From contig JAPDJH010000018.1 in the NCBI GenBank assembly GCA_029259175.1, positions 5,747 through 69,746 on the forward strand: a stretch of 64,000 nt of DNA. The letters run 5' to 3'. The translations under genes and the position numbers were made by a program. Positions 18,791-28,152 of this stretch are shown here, piece by piece. A model generated the notes under the pieces. The model did not search any database, was not told the origin of the DNA, and saw nothing but the letters and a program-made list of their open reading frames with translations. Origin of the DNA: Hadesarchaea archaeon (lineage in GTDB: Archaea > Hadarchaeota > Hadarchaeia > Hadarchaeales > Hadarchaeaceae). Positions within the stretch are counted from its first letter, which is position 1, and each line of letters begins with the position of its first letter.

Positions 18791-19083
18791 TATCTCACCA
18801 CCCGGAGGTGCTCAGGCGATGCTATTATTTTCTTTATCTTACCTCCATCCTTTATCTCTACTATATAGGCACGCCCCCTTTTCTCTATTACGAGACCTAT
18901 CCTCCCATGGTATCTGTGGTGTGGTTGTCCCTTGTGAACCGATGGATTTATGAAAATGGTGACTTTTGCACCTATGGGTAGCTCTTGGGTTGCCTGAACC
19001 ACTGAACCTAGTCCTCGACGTCTCGGCGGTTTTGTGAACTTTCCTCTACCGGCGCTTCTTAGTCCGCGAGACCGTCTAGCCAT
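18790..19083 (-). CDS. rpl21e: 50S ribosomal protein L21e
   Basis: MARRSRGLRSAGRGKFTKPPRRRG...HHRYHGRIG: the L21e signature, 97 aa. Confidence 0.85.
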   Translation of the reverse strand: MARRSRGLRSAGRGKFTKPPRRRGLGSVVQATQELPIGAKVTIFINPSVHKGQPHHRYHGRIGLVIEKRGRAYIVEIKDGGKIKKIIASPEHLRVVR

Positions 19084-19136
19084 TTTTCATCCCTTCCCTC
19101 TCTAGTGTGTCGCGGGATTTTAACCTTTAACTAGCC

Positions 19137-20313
19137 GGTTCTCTTCGGAACTCTTGGCCCGCAGATACTTTCGCCCACCCCTCTCTCCCCGAAACCCTCA
19201 TAATTGGATAGAACGAACCTCGGGCGAATGCGTGTCGTCAAGACCATCCGGGCGGAGCTCTGGGCCCTCACCAAGCGCAAGCTTGAGTGCTTGCTCGATC
19301 TTGAGAGCGAGTGGAGGCGCGCCCTTGAGCTCAAACGCACGTACCGGGAGCTCAGGGAGTCGACGCGCCTGCCCTCCTACTACTGCAGGGCCCTGGCGTG
19401 GAAGGTCCGCGGGCGGCAGTCCCCCATCCTGCTCGACCGGGACTCCTTCGAGCTCAAGCCCACCTCCAACCGCCTAGCCCGCTACTTCATCAGCATTCCC
19501 ACGCCCCGCGGGAGGGTGTGGTGCCCCCTCAGGCTCTGGCGCGAGCACGAGCGGTTGCTCGAGTCGGGAGTCAGGATTAGGGACTCGAAGCTGGTCGTGC
19601 GGAAGGGGAGGTTCTTTCTCCACCTCACGGTTGAAAAGAAAATCACGCTCATCCCTCGACCCAACGTGGTCGCGGTCGACCTCGGAGAGCGCTTCCTCGC
19701 GGCGTCCGTGGCGCTTCGCGGGGGAGCAGTGGTCTCAGCGGTCCTGCTCGGGAAGGAGGCGAGAGGGGTGAGGCGGCACCACGCGTGGCTGCGCAGGCGC
19801 CTGGGGGAGCGGAAGCTCCTGCGCGTCATCAGGCGAATCGGGCAGCGGGAGCGGCGCGCGGTCGACCAGATCTGCCACCGGGTCGCGAAGCGCGTGGTCG
19901 AGTTCGCAGTCCGCCACGAGGCCGTCATCGTGATCGGGGATCTGAAGGGGCTGCGCGAGCGCTGCAGGGGGAAGGGGAAGCGCCTGAATCGCATCGTTGG
20001 CTCCATGCCCTACCACCGGCTCAGGCGCTACATCGAGCACAAAGCGGCTTGGTTTGGGATCCCGGTGTACATAGTGAGCGAGGCGCACACGAGCTCCCGC
20101 TGCCACCGCTGTGGGGCCGAGGGATCGAGGCCCAGCCAGGGGCTCTTCAGGTGCAGGGCATGCGGGCTCGAGTACAACGCGGACCTGAACGGTGCCGCAA
20201 ACCTCGGAAAGAGGTTCCTGGAGCAGCGCTCCGGGAACGGGGCCGTGTGGGTTCCGGCCCTAAAGGCGGCCTAGAGCCGCCAACTTCGGAGGTCAAGGCT
20301 TCCGAAGAGAACC
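19137..20313 (+). mobile_element. TnpB-only insertion element bounded by perfect 14-bp terminal inverted repeats and a 9-bp target-site duplication
   Basis: Left repeat GGTTCTCTTCGGAA (19137-19150) is the exact reverse complement of right repeat TTCCGAAGAGAACC (20300-20313). TAACTAGCC sits immediately outside both ends (19128-19136 and 20314-20322). The interior is about 65% GC against about 52% for the flanks. A subterminal hairpin CTTCGGA-ggtcaaggc-TTCCGAAG lies at 20282-20307. Confidence 0.8.
19204..20274 (+). CDS. tnpB: TnpB (IS200/IS605 OrfB-family RuvC-like RNA-guided nuclease)
   Basis: 356 aa. RuvC-I (VVAVDLGE), RuvC-II (VIVIGDLKGL) and a C-terminal zinc finger with RuvC-III (CHRCGAEGSRPSQGLFRCRACGLEYNADLNGAANL). 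No tnpA in the element. Confidence 0.85.
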   Translation: MDRTNLGRMRVVKTIRAELWALTKRKLECLLDLESEWRRALELKRTYRELRESTRLPSYYCRALAWKVRGRQSPILLDRDSFELKPTSNRLARYFISIPTPRGRVWCPLRLWREHERLLESGVRIRDSKLVVRKGRFFLHLTVEKKITLIPRPNVVAVDLGERFLAASVALRGGAVVSAVLLGKEARGVRRHHAWLRRRLGERKLLRVIRRIGQRERRAVDQICHRVAKRVVEFAVRHEAVIVIGDLKGLRERCRGKGKRLNRIVGSMPYHRLRRYIEHKAAWFGIPVYIVSEAHTSSRCHRCGAEGSRPSQGLFRCRACGLEYNADLNGAANLGKRFLEQRSGNGAVWVPALKAA

Positions 20314-20316
20314 TAA

Positions 20317-21663
20317 CTAGCCCATCTTTTTCAACAATTTGCTCCAAGGACCAAACCTAGGGATTCTGCCTCGTGCAAGATTTTTTATAAGCTTCTGCAC
20401 CAGCTCGTACTGCTTTAAGAGTTCTTTCACGTCGGCTTCGCTGGTCCCAGAACCGCGGGCAATCCTTTTGATCCTAGAAGCATTTAGTATGCGGGGGTTC
20501 TCCAGCTCCTCCGGGGTCATGGACTGCATAATGACCTTGAATTTCTTCAGCTTCTCTTCTCCTATTCGGAACTGCTCGTCGGGAATAGACACGCCCACGC
20601 CCGGAAGCATTTGCATGACTTTTTTCAGAGGACCCATTTTGCTTAATGCTTCTAGCTGATCATAGACATCTTTTAGGGTGAGCTTTCCCGCCAGCAAATC
20701 CTTTTTATCCGGAATCCGGATTTTCTCCTCTTTCACCACTTCCTCGATTTTTTTCAACAGAGTCTCCAAATCGCCCATGCCAAGCAAACGAGACAAGAAC
20801 TTTGCTGGGGCATATGGTTCTAAGTCTTCTAGATGTTCCCCTGTGCCGATGAACTTGATAGATGCGCCCGTCGCGGCCACAGCTGAGAGCGCGCCTCCAC
20901 CTTTGGCAGTGCCGTCGAGTTTGGTTACGAGAATAGATCCGATAGCGGTGGCCGCGTTAAAGGCTTCGGCCTGTGCCTTTGCTTGTTGACCGATGGTGCC
21001 GTCAATCACCAGCATTACTTCGTCTGGTCGGATTTGCTCCGCTAACTCTCGCATTTCCTGCATGAGATTTATCTCGCTTTTATGACGCCCTGCCGTGTCG
21101 ACGATAATGAGCTCCATTCCTTGTCTCTTGAAATGTTGCACGCCTTCCTTTGCTATTCTAACGGCGTCTTTGGTTTTGGGGTCTCCGAAAACTGGGAATC
21201 CCCCTTGCTCTCCCAGCTGAAGCAATTGTTCGTAAGCGCCCGGACGATACGTGTCGGCACAGATAATCCCCACCTTGAAGCCCTTTTTCTTGAAATAATA
21301 CGCGAGCTTGGCCACCGAAGTGGTTTTCCCACTTCCCTGCAAACCAACCATCATCAAAACTTTGGTTTTCCCCGGCTCCACTTTCAGCTCCGCGGGTTTG
21401 CCCAAAAAATCTGAGAGCTCTTCATACACCACCTTTATTATGTGGGCTCGCTTGTCTACTCCCGGCAACGGCTTTTCTTCGAGCGCTCGCTTTTCGATGC
21501 GTTTGGAAAGAGAAAGCACTAGTTTAACGTTGACATCAGCTTGGAGCAGAGCGCGCTGGACATCTCTAACGAGCTGCTTGATCGTTTGCTCGTCCACATG
21601 CGGGCTTTTCGCCAGCTTCTGGAGAGCAGAGTGTAGCGCCTTTCCCAGTCTTTCTAGCACCAT
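20317..21663 (-). CDS. srp54: Signal recognition particle protein SRP54
   Basis: N domain, G domain (GLQGSGKTTS, DTAGR) and a Met-rich M domain (MMQSMTPEELENP). Confidence 0.9.
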   Translation of the reverse strand: MVLERLGKALHSALQKLAKSPHVDEQTIKQLVRDVQRALLQADVNVKLVLSLSKRIEKRALEEKPLPGVDKRAHIIKVVYEELSDFLGKPAELKVEPGKTKVLMMVGLQGSGKTTSVAKLAYYFKKKGFKVGIICADTYRPGAYEQLLQLGEQGGFPVFGDPKTKDAVRIAKEGVQHFKRQGMELIIVDTAGRHKSEINLMQEMRELAEQIRPDEVMLVIDGTIGQQAKAQAEAFNAATAIGSILVTKLDGTAKGGGALSAVAATGASIKFIGTGEHLEDLEPYAPAKFLSRLLGMGDLETLLKKIEEVVKEEKIRIPDKKDLLAGKLTLKDVYDQLEALSKMGPLKKVMQMLPGVGVSIPDEQFRIGEEKLKKFKVIMQSMTPEELENPRILNASRIKRIARGSGTSEADVKELLKQYELVQKLIKNLARGRIPRFGPWSKLLKKMG

Positions 21664-21717
21664 GGTGTCAATATTGGTTGGTCTCCAACATTAAATAGAA
21701 CTCGCGCACAGTAGTGG

Positions 21718-22734
21718 ATGATGATCGGGCTGATTCTCGCGGGTGGTTTTGCCAAAAGACTGGGACCGATCGGGCAGCAACTACCAAAACCGCTTCTCAT
21801 GGTGGAAGGAGATCGAGCCATCAACCACCTTCTTCGAAAACTGGAATCAGCTGGTGTGAAAACCGTCTACATCACGGTCAACAAAAAGTTCGCCCCTTTC
21901 TTTAAGGACTACAAAAATTTGATCGTTGAACCATCAACCAAAGAAGAAGAAAAACTCGGTGCCGTTTCGGCTATAGCTAATGCTATCAAAAATGCAGGTA
22001 TTGATGACGATTTGTTTGTCTTGTGCGCGGACAATTATTTTTCGTCAGATTTCGAGGAATTTGTTCAAAATTTTTCTGGAGAACCCATGGTCGGACTGTA
22101 CTATGCGGGCGCCACCCCTGACTTAAAGCCAGAGGAGATGGCCACCGTCCGCTTCAAGGGTTGTGATTCGTATCCGCCCCCCACCAAGACATTCTATTTG
22201 GAAGATTTCAAGGAAAAAGTAAAGCCGCCGCTCAGCAACTATGTGGGTACCGGCGTTTACATTCTTCCGCGACGTGTGCTTCCCGTTCTAATAGATTTCT
22301 GCGAAGGGCGCAAAAGAGACGCTCCAGGCTATTTCATCCAGCACTTAATGGAACGGGGAGAGAAAATCAAGGCCTATGTGTTTTCAGGAGAATGGTACGA
22401 CATCTCACACAAAACATACTGGGATGCGTTCAGAACAGGTAAATTGGTTCGCGGTGACGAAGTCTGTGTTCAGGCCTCCAGAAACGTTGGAGCTCTAACT
22501 GTTTACATAACTATTCTCAAACCAAGGAAATCCGTGGATCTCCCTCCCAACTCTGTGCACCTCATATTGGAGGGTGCTGGAGAAATCCGAACAGAGGAGA
22601 AACACAGAACCGCCAGATCCAGAGATGTAATCCTCACCGGGCCGAGTGGAGGAATTCTCCAGAATAAAAGTGACTTGGAACTCGTCTTCCTGAGCATTGA
22701 GACAAAGAGCGGGGAACCCAATGCTGTTTCATAA
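21718..22734 (+). CDS. Sugar-phosphate nucleotidyltransferase (RmlA/GlmU-N-like) with a C-terminal extension
   Basis: MMIGLILAGGFAKRLGPIGQQLPKPLL is the canonical NTP-transferase N-terminus (GGxGxRL...K). Confidence 0.7.
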   Translation: MMIGLILAGGFAKRLGPIGQQLPKPLLMVEGDRAINHLLRKLESAGVKTVYITVNKKFAPFFKDYKNLIVEPSTKEEEKLGAVSAIANAIKNAGIDDDLFVLCADNYFSSDFEEFVQNFSGEPMVGLYYAGATPDLKPEEMATVRFKGCDSYPPPTKTFYLEDFKEKVKPPLSNYVGTGVYILPRRVLPVLIDFCEGRKRDAPGYFIQHLMERGEKIKAYVFSGEWYDISHKTYWDAFRTGKLVRGDEVCVQASRNVGALTVYITILKPRKSVDLPPNSVHLILEGAGEIRTEEKHRTARSRDVILTGPSGGILQNKSDLELVFLSIETKSGEPNAVS

Positions 22735-23728
22735 ACGAGTAATTGTGGCCAAGCTTCGCGATCCCAGAGAAGATTTCAGAGAGGTTGAACGCCCCATCGA
22801 AATTAGGCGTGATCCGCTAACTGGACGAAAGTGCAGAATAAACGTGGAGCGAGCACGCCGACCACATCAAGCGAAACGAACTAAAGAGAAAATTTCCCAT
22901 CCCACAAACTGTCCTTTTTGTCATCCGAACTTGGAAAAAATCACCCCAAAGTATCCGGATGCGATGCCTGAGAGAATCTGCGTAGGAAGAGCTACAACAT
23001 TTCCGAATTTGTTTCCCTTCGGGGAGTTCCATTCTGTAGTAGCATTTCCCTCGTTTTTCTTAGAAGTGGATGGTTTTTCTCCCAAAGAACTGCGCGAATG
23101 CTTAGAGGCTGCTTTCAAAACATTCGAACTCGCTATGAGTACACGGCCTGCCCTTCGTTACTGGTATTTGAACTGGAATCATCTTCCTCCCGCTGGAGCT
23201 AGCATAGTTCATCCACATCTCCAGTTATTGGCGACAAGAAATCCCACCAGAATGCTCAGTGAACTCATGCGGAAAAGCAAACAATACTATCAGCAGCACA
23301 AACGGAATTACTGGAAGGAACTGCTATCTCTCGAAAGGAAATTGGACGAGCGCTACATCGGAAGCACTGGAGATATCCACTGGATAGCAAGTTTTGCACC
23401 CACGGGAAATAAAGAGGTGTTGGGTGTTTCTGAAAAATGGTCCTCTTTACGAGAAGCGAAGGCATCTATATCCGACATTTGTCAGGGACTGCACAAAATC
23501 TTGAAGGGCTATGCCAAAATCGGTGTCAAAAGCTTTAATCTGTCTTCGTACTCCGGGCCGTGCGACAAAAAGCTACCGTTTTTCCGCCTTCACTTCCGTT
23601 TGATCGCAAGGCCGGACCCGGTGTCTCTTTACACCGCGGACAGGGGGTTCATGGAGATCTTCCATCACGAACCTGTGATAGACACTTTGCCCGAAACACT
23701 GGCACGTGAACTCCGCAAAGTTTTCTAA
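22697..23728 (+). CDS. Galactose-1-phosphate uridylyltransferase-family (GalT/HIT-like) nucleotidyltransferase
   Basis: CPFCHPN zinc motif and the HPHLQ active-site motif (HxHxQ) of the GalT branch of the HIT superfamily. Confidence 0.65.
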   Translation: MRQRAGNPMLFHKRVIVAKLRDPREDFREVERPIEIRRDPLTGRKCRINVERARRPHQAKRTKEKISHPTNCPFCHPNLEKITPKYPDAMPERICVGRATTFPNLFPFGEFHSVVAFPSFFLEVDGFSPKELRECLEAAFKTFELAMSTRPALRYWYLNWNHLPPAGASIVHPHLQLLATRNPTRMLSELMRKSKQYYQQHKRNYWKELLSLERKLDERYIGSTGDIHWIASFAPTGNKEVLGVSEKWSSLREAKASISDICQGLHKILKGYAKIGVKSFNLSSYSGPCDKKLPFFRLHFRLIARPDPVSLYTADRGFMEIFHHEPVIDTLPETLARELRKVF

Positions 23729-23758
23729 TTCCGGATAAAACAAAAAAGAGGGGAAAAC

Positions 23759-24706
23759 ATGAAAACCACAGTGCTATGCATCGGAGACGCGAACATAGAT
23801 GTGATTCTGCGGACTAGATTTCCTCCGCGCGGAAAACAGGTAGTCATCTCTGATTATCAAGTCTACGGTGGAGGGTGCGCAACTAATTTTGCGCTGGCGT
23901 GTAGTCGTCTCGGAGCCTCGGTTCGATTAATAGGAAAAATCGGCAAAGATCACTGGGGAGCGTTTCTGATTGAAAAACTTCGGAAAAACAAGGTGGACGT
24001 CTCAGAGATGGTGATTTCAAAATACGTCAAGACTGGGGTGACCTTCGCAATAATCGAGGACGAGGAGCGCTCTTTTATCACATTTCGCGGAGGAAATGCT
24101 TCTCTCTCCATCCAAGATATTCCGTTGAAAAAACTCATGGCGAACATTGTTCACATTCCTTCATTCTTTCTGGTCGAATCGTTGAGACCGCACTACGCCA
24201 AATTAATGAAGCTGGCTCGAAGCAGGGGCGCGATCGTCTCTTTCGATACGGGATGGGACCCCTTTGGATTGTGGAGAAAAACGCCTCATTTGCTCAGAAC
24301 AATCCAAAGTACCGATGTTTTTTTACCGAATCTCGACGAGGCCAGAAGAATAACCGGGCGGATCTCCGAGGGACCAAAAAAACTTGCAAGACGCCTTCTA
24401 ACGATGGGGCCAAAGATTGTTTGCATCAAGATGGGCTGTAGAGGCAGTGTGGTAGCAGAGGGGACACGCGTGTACAGAATTCCGGCGTTCTCGGTAGAAA
24501 CTGTTGATTCCACTGGTGCCGGTGACGTGTATAATGCGGCATTCATGTTGGCCTACTTCAAAACCCGTGATGTGTTGCGCTCTGCTCGTTTCGCGTCTGC
24601 GGCTGCAGCCATAAGTGTCACGGGGCCGGGATGGGAGCGGTACCCCTCCCGCTCGGATGTGAACGGGTTCTTGCGCACACACGGATATGCGCCTGTGGAT
24701 CTGTGA
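23759..24706 (+). CDS. PfkB-family carbohydrate kinase (ribokinase-like)
   Basis: N-terminal GDANIDV and a C-terminal DSTGAGDVYNAAF anion-hole motif (TGAGD). Confidence 0.75.
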   Translation: MKTTVLCIGDANIDVILRTRFPPRGKQVVISDYQVYGGGCATNFALACSRLGASVRLIGKIGKDHWGAFLIEKLRKNKVDVSEMVISKYVKTGVTFAIIEDEERSFITFRGGNASLSIQDIPLKKLMANIVHIPSFFLVESLRPHYAKLMKLARSRGAIVSFDTGWDPFGLWRKTPHLLRTIQSTDVFLPNLDEARRITGRISEGPKKLARRLLTMGPKIVCIKMGCRGSVVAEGTRVYRIPAFSVETVDSTGAGDVYNAAFMLAYFKTRDVLRSARFASAAAAISVTGPGWERYPSRSDVNGFLRTHGYAPVDL

Positions 24707-24783
24707 TTAACCAACATTTATAAACAAGTGAAAACGAAGAAATATGAAAGCCAGATTCACGCTCACCCGTTCTGGCTATAAAG

Positions 24784-25983
24784 GTGTGTGGCACTTTGGA
24801 AGGAAAGAATCTCGTGGAAGAAGTGGCGGGTAAAAAAAGAGAAGAGATTAAAGAAGAACTCGTCGGCACTGTCAAATACCTAATCGAAGCGGATCTCCAA
24901 GTGAACGGTGTGGTGGAACGGCCGGACGTGGTGGGCGCCATTTTCGGACAGACCGAAGGGTTGCTCGGCGAGGATTTAGACCTCCGTGAGCTTCTGAAAG
25001 CGGGGAGAATCGGAAGAATCCAAGTTGAGCTGAAAACAGACAAAGGGCGGACCACGGGCAAGATTCGTCTCCCTTCGAGCTTGGATCGATACGAAACCGC
25101 GATAATCGCTGCTGCTCTGGAAACGATTGAAAGGATCGGCCCTTGTGAGGCCAAGATCAGCGTAACAAAGATCCAAGATGTTAGGGAAGACAAGCGCCGG
25201 TTTATCGTGAAGCGGGCAAAGGAAATTCTAGAAAAGTTCGGACAAACGCTGCCGGAAACCCAAGAAATCACCGAGCGGGTGAAGGAAACAGTGAAAGCGG
25301 AGGACATAAAAGACTACCACGGGCTTCCAGCGGGGCCGGCACTAGAGGAATCCGACGCCATAATAATCGTGGAAGGGCGTGCGGACGTGCTCAATCTTCT
25401 AAAAGCAGGAATTAAGAACACCATCGCTGTGGAGGGGACAAGCATCCCCCAACCGGTGATCGAGCTTACAAAAAACAAGACGGTTACCGCGTTCCTCGAC
25501 AACGATAGGGGCGGCGATTTGATCCTTAAGGAGCTCATGCAGGTAGGCAAAGTAGACTACATCGCTCGTCCCCCTCCAGGGCGAAGTGTTGAAGAGCTCA
25601 CAAGGAAGGAAATAATCAAGGCCTTGAAAAATAAGGTGCCGGTTGAAAAAGCGATCAGCGAAAAAGCCGAGCGACGTGAGACGCGGCGCCCGAGCTTTTT
25701 AGAGATTTTGAAAAAACTGCAGGGAACTCTGAAAGCACAGCTCCTCGACGAGAACTCTCAGGTTTTGGCCGAAATCCCGGTGCGCGAACTCCGTGAAAAA
25801 CTTCGTGAAACGGAAAACGTCTGGGCGGTGGTCTTTGATGGCATAATCACCCCCGAGCTGGCCTCCATGGCTCAAGAAAAGAATGTCCGCTATTTGGTGG
25901 GGATGAGAAGCCGAACAGTTGGGGCTTCTGGAAAAGTCAAAGTGCTCACCATGACGGATCTCACTCGTCGCAAAGGCCGCTAG
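24784..25983 (+). CDS. dnaG: Archaeal DnaG-type primase (TOPRIM)
   Basis: TOPRIM core IIVEGRADVLNLLKAGIKNTIAVEGTS...FLDNDRGGD, about 400 aa, typical of archaeal DnaG. Confidence 0.8.
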   Translation: MCGTLEGKNLVEEVAGKKREEIKEELVGTVKYLIEADLQVNGVVERPDVVGAIFGQTEGLLGEDLDLRELLKAGRIGRIQVELKTDKGRTTGKIRLPSSLDRYETAIIAAALETIERIGPCEAKISVTKIQDVREDKRRFIVKRAKEILEKFGQTLPETQEITERVKETVKAEDIKDYHGLPAGPALEESDAIIIVEGRADVLNLLKAGIKNTIAVEGTSIPQPVIELTKNKTVTAFLDNDRGGDLILKELMQVGKVDYIARPPPGRSVEELTRKEIIKALKNKVPVEKAISEKAERRETRRPSFLEILKKLQGTLKAQLLDENSQVLAEIPVRELREKLRETENVWAVVFDGIITPELASMAQEKNVRYLVGMRSRTVGASGKVKVLTMTDLTRRKGR

Positions 25984-26441
25984 AGATCTCTCTCCATTGC
26001 GATGGCCGTTTCTCCGTCCTCGTAGTAGAACGGGACTTCGAAACGCTCGGCAAATCCGAGTTTTCGATAAAAGTTTTGGGCCATCACATTGCTCTTTCGC
26101 ACTTCCAGACGCGCGATTCTGGCCCCTTTGAGTTGAAATCTCTGCATGATCTCCTCCATGAGTTTTGACCCAATACCTCTTCCCTGATAAGGCGGATCAA
26201 CGGCTATCGCGAGTATGTGCCCTGTCCTAAACCATTTGATCGCGCCTATCACATACCCTACCACCTTGTCTTCGACTTCCGCTACAAGGAACATGTCGGA
26301 GTAGAGAGAGCGGAGCCTGTACAGAAGCTCCAGCGGATAGGGGTCGGGAAAACACTTGTACTCGATATCTAGCACTTCCTTTAAATCATCCTCGCGCGCT
26401 TCACGCACTAGACATGTAAACGACAGCATAGTAATCCTCAA
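25980..26441 (-). CDS. GNAT-family N-acetyltransferase (RimI-like)
   Basis: Acetyl-CoA-binding motif QGRGIGSKLMEEI in a GNAT fold of about 150 aa. Confidence 0.7.
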   Translation of the reverse strand: MRITMLSFTCLVREAREDDLKEVLDIEYKCFPDPYPLELLYRLRSLYSDMFLVAEVEDKVVGYVIGAIKWFRTGHILAIAVDPPYQGRGIGSKLMEEIMQRFQLKGARIARLEVRKSNVMAQNFYRKLGFAERFEVPFYYEDGETAIAMERDL

Positions 26442-26477
26442 ATTATGTTAGCTCATTTAATTCTTTTGAGGATATTC

Positions 26478-26891
26478 ATGAGCACCCCAAAAAAGCGTGG
26501 TACCAACTTCGAGTATCGGGTAGCGTACCTTTTTGAAGAATTCGGTTACGAGTGGGAACGCTCGGGCAGTTCGTTGGGAATTGACCTGAAAATATACTCA
26601 AAAGGTAGATTGAAATACCTGGTTAGCTGTAAAAAAACATCAAAACTCGCTCCTCTCTATATCTCCAAGTCAGAAATCGAGTCGCTGAAATTCAAAGCCA
26701 AAGAGATGCGAGCTAAAGCGTTGCTTTGCTTCGGATTTCGGCGGACCCCGATTCTGGCCTTTCCGGTTGACAAGATAACCAAGCTACCACAAAGTCGTCT
26801 TTTTTACAAACTGTTGCCTGAACACGGCACAGCATTAAAAAAAATGTTGGAGAGGGAGACTCACAGGACTGCAAAAGCTGGAGGACAGTAG
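26478..26891 (+). CDS. hjc: Holliday junction resolvase Hjc
   Basis: MSTPKKRGTNFEYRVAYLFEEFGYEWERSGSSLGIDLKIY...VSCKK: the Hjc nuclease fold with E..D..K catalytic residues, about 137 aa. Confidence 0.75.
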   Translation: MSTPKKRGTNFEYRVAYLFEEFGYEWERSGSSLGIDLKIYSKGRLKYLVSCKKTSKLAPLYISKSEIESLKFKAKEMRAKALLCFGFRRTPILAFPVDKITKLPQSRLFYKLLPEHGTALKKMLERETHRTAKAGGQ

Positions 26892-27356
26892 ACTCCCGCT
26901 TCGGGATCGTCCCAAACAAGTCTTCCCGGAGCCGCGGCACTCTTCAGCTGGATCTACATTGGGTTTGTTCCCCAAGCACGAGCTCGGCACCCAGAGCAAG
27001 TTTCTCGACAAGCCATTGCTGAGTGCTGTCTCCTGGGAGAGCCTCGCCTCTCGAAGCGCCACTAGCAAGCTGGTGTTCTTGTTGGTACTGCCAACAAATG
27101 CTGGATCTCAAGCTGCATGGTTTGACCTATAGAATACACCGAATCCCTTCGACCTGCAGCGGTTTTTTGTTCACCACATGGCAACCAACAGATAGGAGAG
27201 AAACGGCTGACAACACCAAAACCGCTGCTACAATCTCAGAAATCACCTTCATCGTCTTCCTCTACAACACCAGACGATGCGCTAGTATCGAAAATGTTTA
27301 ATCATGATTACACTAACCAGAAAAGAAAAAAATGAGAATGAAAACAAGTTTTCCAC

Positions 27357-28151
27357 GTGATACGGCCCATACCCAACACCCCCGCGCTACTGCTAGAATT
27401 TAAAAAGGAAAGGATCTTGGTGGTCGCCGATCTTCATCTAGGGATAGAGGGTGAGCTAGAAACCCAAGGCATCTCCCTTCCGAGCCAAGCTAACAAAACT
27501 TTGAAACGGCTCACCGAACTCATCTCGAAGTACCGGCCGAAACGACTGATCTTGCTAGGAGATGTGAAACACGGTGTGCCCGTCGCCTCGATGCATGAAT
27601 GGCGAGAAATCCCATCATTTTTAGAACGGCTGTCTCGACGCGTGAGGGTGGAGATTGTTCCCGGGAACCATGACGGAGACCTAGCAGGAATGATTCCGCC
27701 TGGGGTTCGGCTCCACGCAGCAAGAGGAATCGTGCTCGGAAAAAGAAAAAAAATTGGTCTCGCCCACGGGCACGCTTGGCCAGCTCAAGAGGTCTTTCAA
27801 ACTCACACACTGGTGATGGCGCACAACCATCCAGCGATCGAATTCCGAGATGCTCTCGGCGGCAGAGTAATCGAGCCAGTATGGCTAAAGCTGAACATCA
27901 GGTTGGAACGTTTGCCGTCCGAGATTCGACAGAACCTGCGTTCTTCTCCGCCCGAGCTTATAGTGATGCCTGCCTTTGGAGAGCTTGTGAGTGGTGCGCC
28001 GGTTAATCGCGTTATGCCAGAAGAACTGATTGGGCCGCTATTCAAATCGGGAGCGGCCGATCTCCAAGATGCAGAGGTCTACATGTTGGATGGCACGTAT
28101 CTCGGTAAGGTGAAGATGTTGAGAAAGTTGCTCGAAAAACGTCCGAGGTGA
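27357..28151 (+). CDS. Calcineurin-like metallophosphoesterase
   Basis: VVADLHLG, GDVKH and GNHD motifs of the metallophosphatase fold. Confidence 0.7.
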   Translation: MIRPIPNTPALLLEFKKERILVVADLHLGIEGELETQGISLPSQANKTLKRLTELISKYRPKRLILLGDVKHGVPVASMHEWREIPSFLERLSRRVRVEIVPGNHDGDLAGMIPPGVRLHAARGIVLGKRKKIGLAHGHAWPAQEVFQTHTLVMAHNHPAIEFRDALGGRVIEPVWLKLNIRLERLPSEIRQNLRSSPPELIVMPAFGELVSGAPVNRVMPEELIGPLFKSGAADLQDAEVYMLDGTYLGKVKMLRKLLEKRPR

Positions 28152-28152
28152 A

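Noticed and set aside
19131-20360. Many long overlapping ORFs on both strands across the tnpB region (for example 19482-20006 minus, 19735-20106 minus, 19785-20360 plus)
   Set aside because: They are high-GC artefacts with Ala/Arg/Pro-rich low-complexity translations. Only the 356-aa frame carries the TnpB RuvC and zinc-finger motifs.
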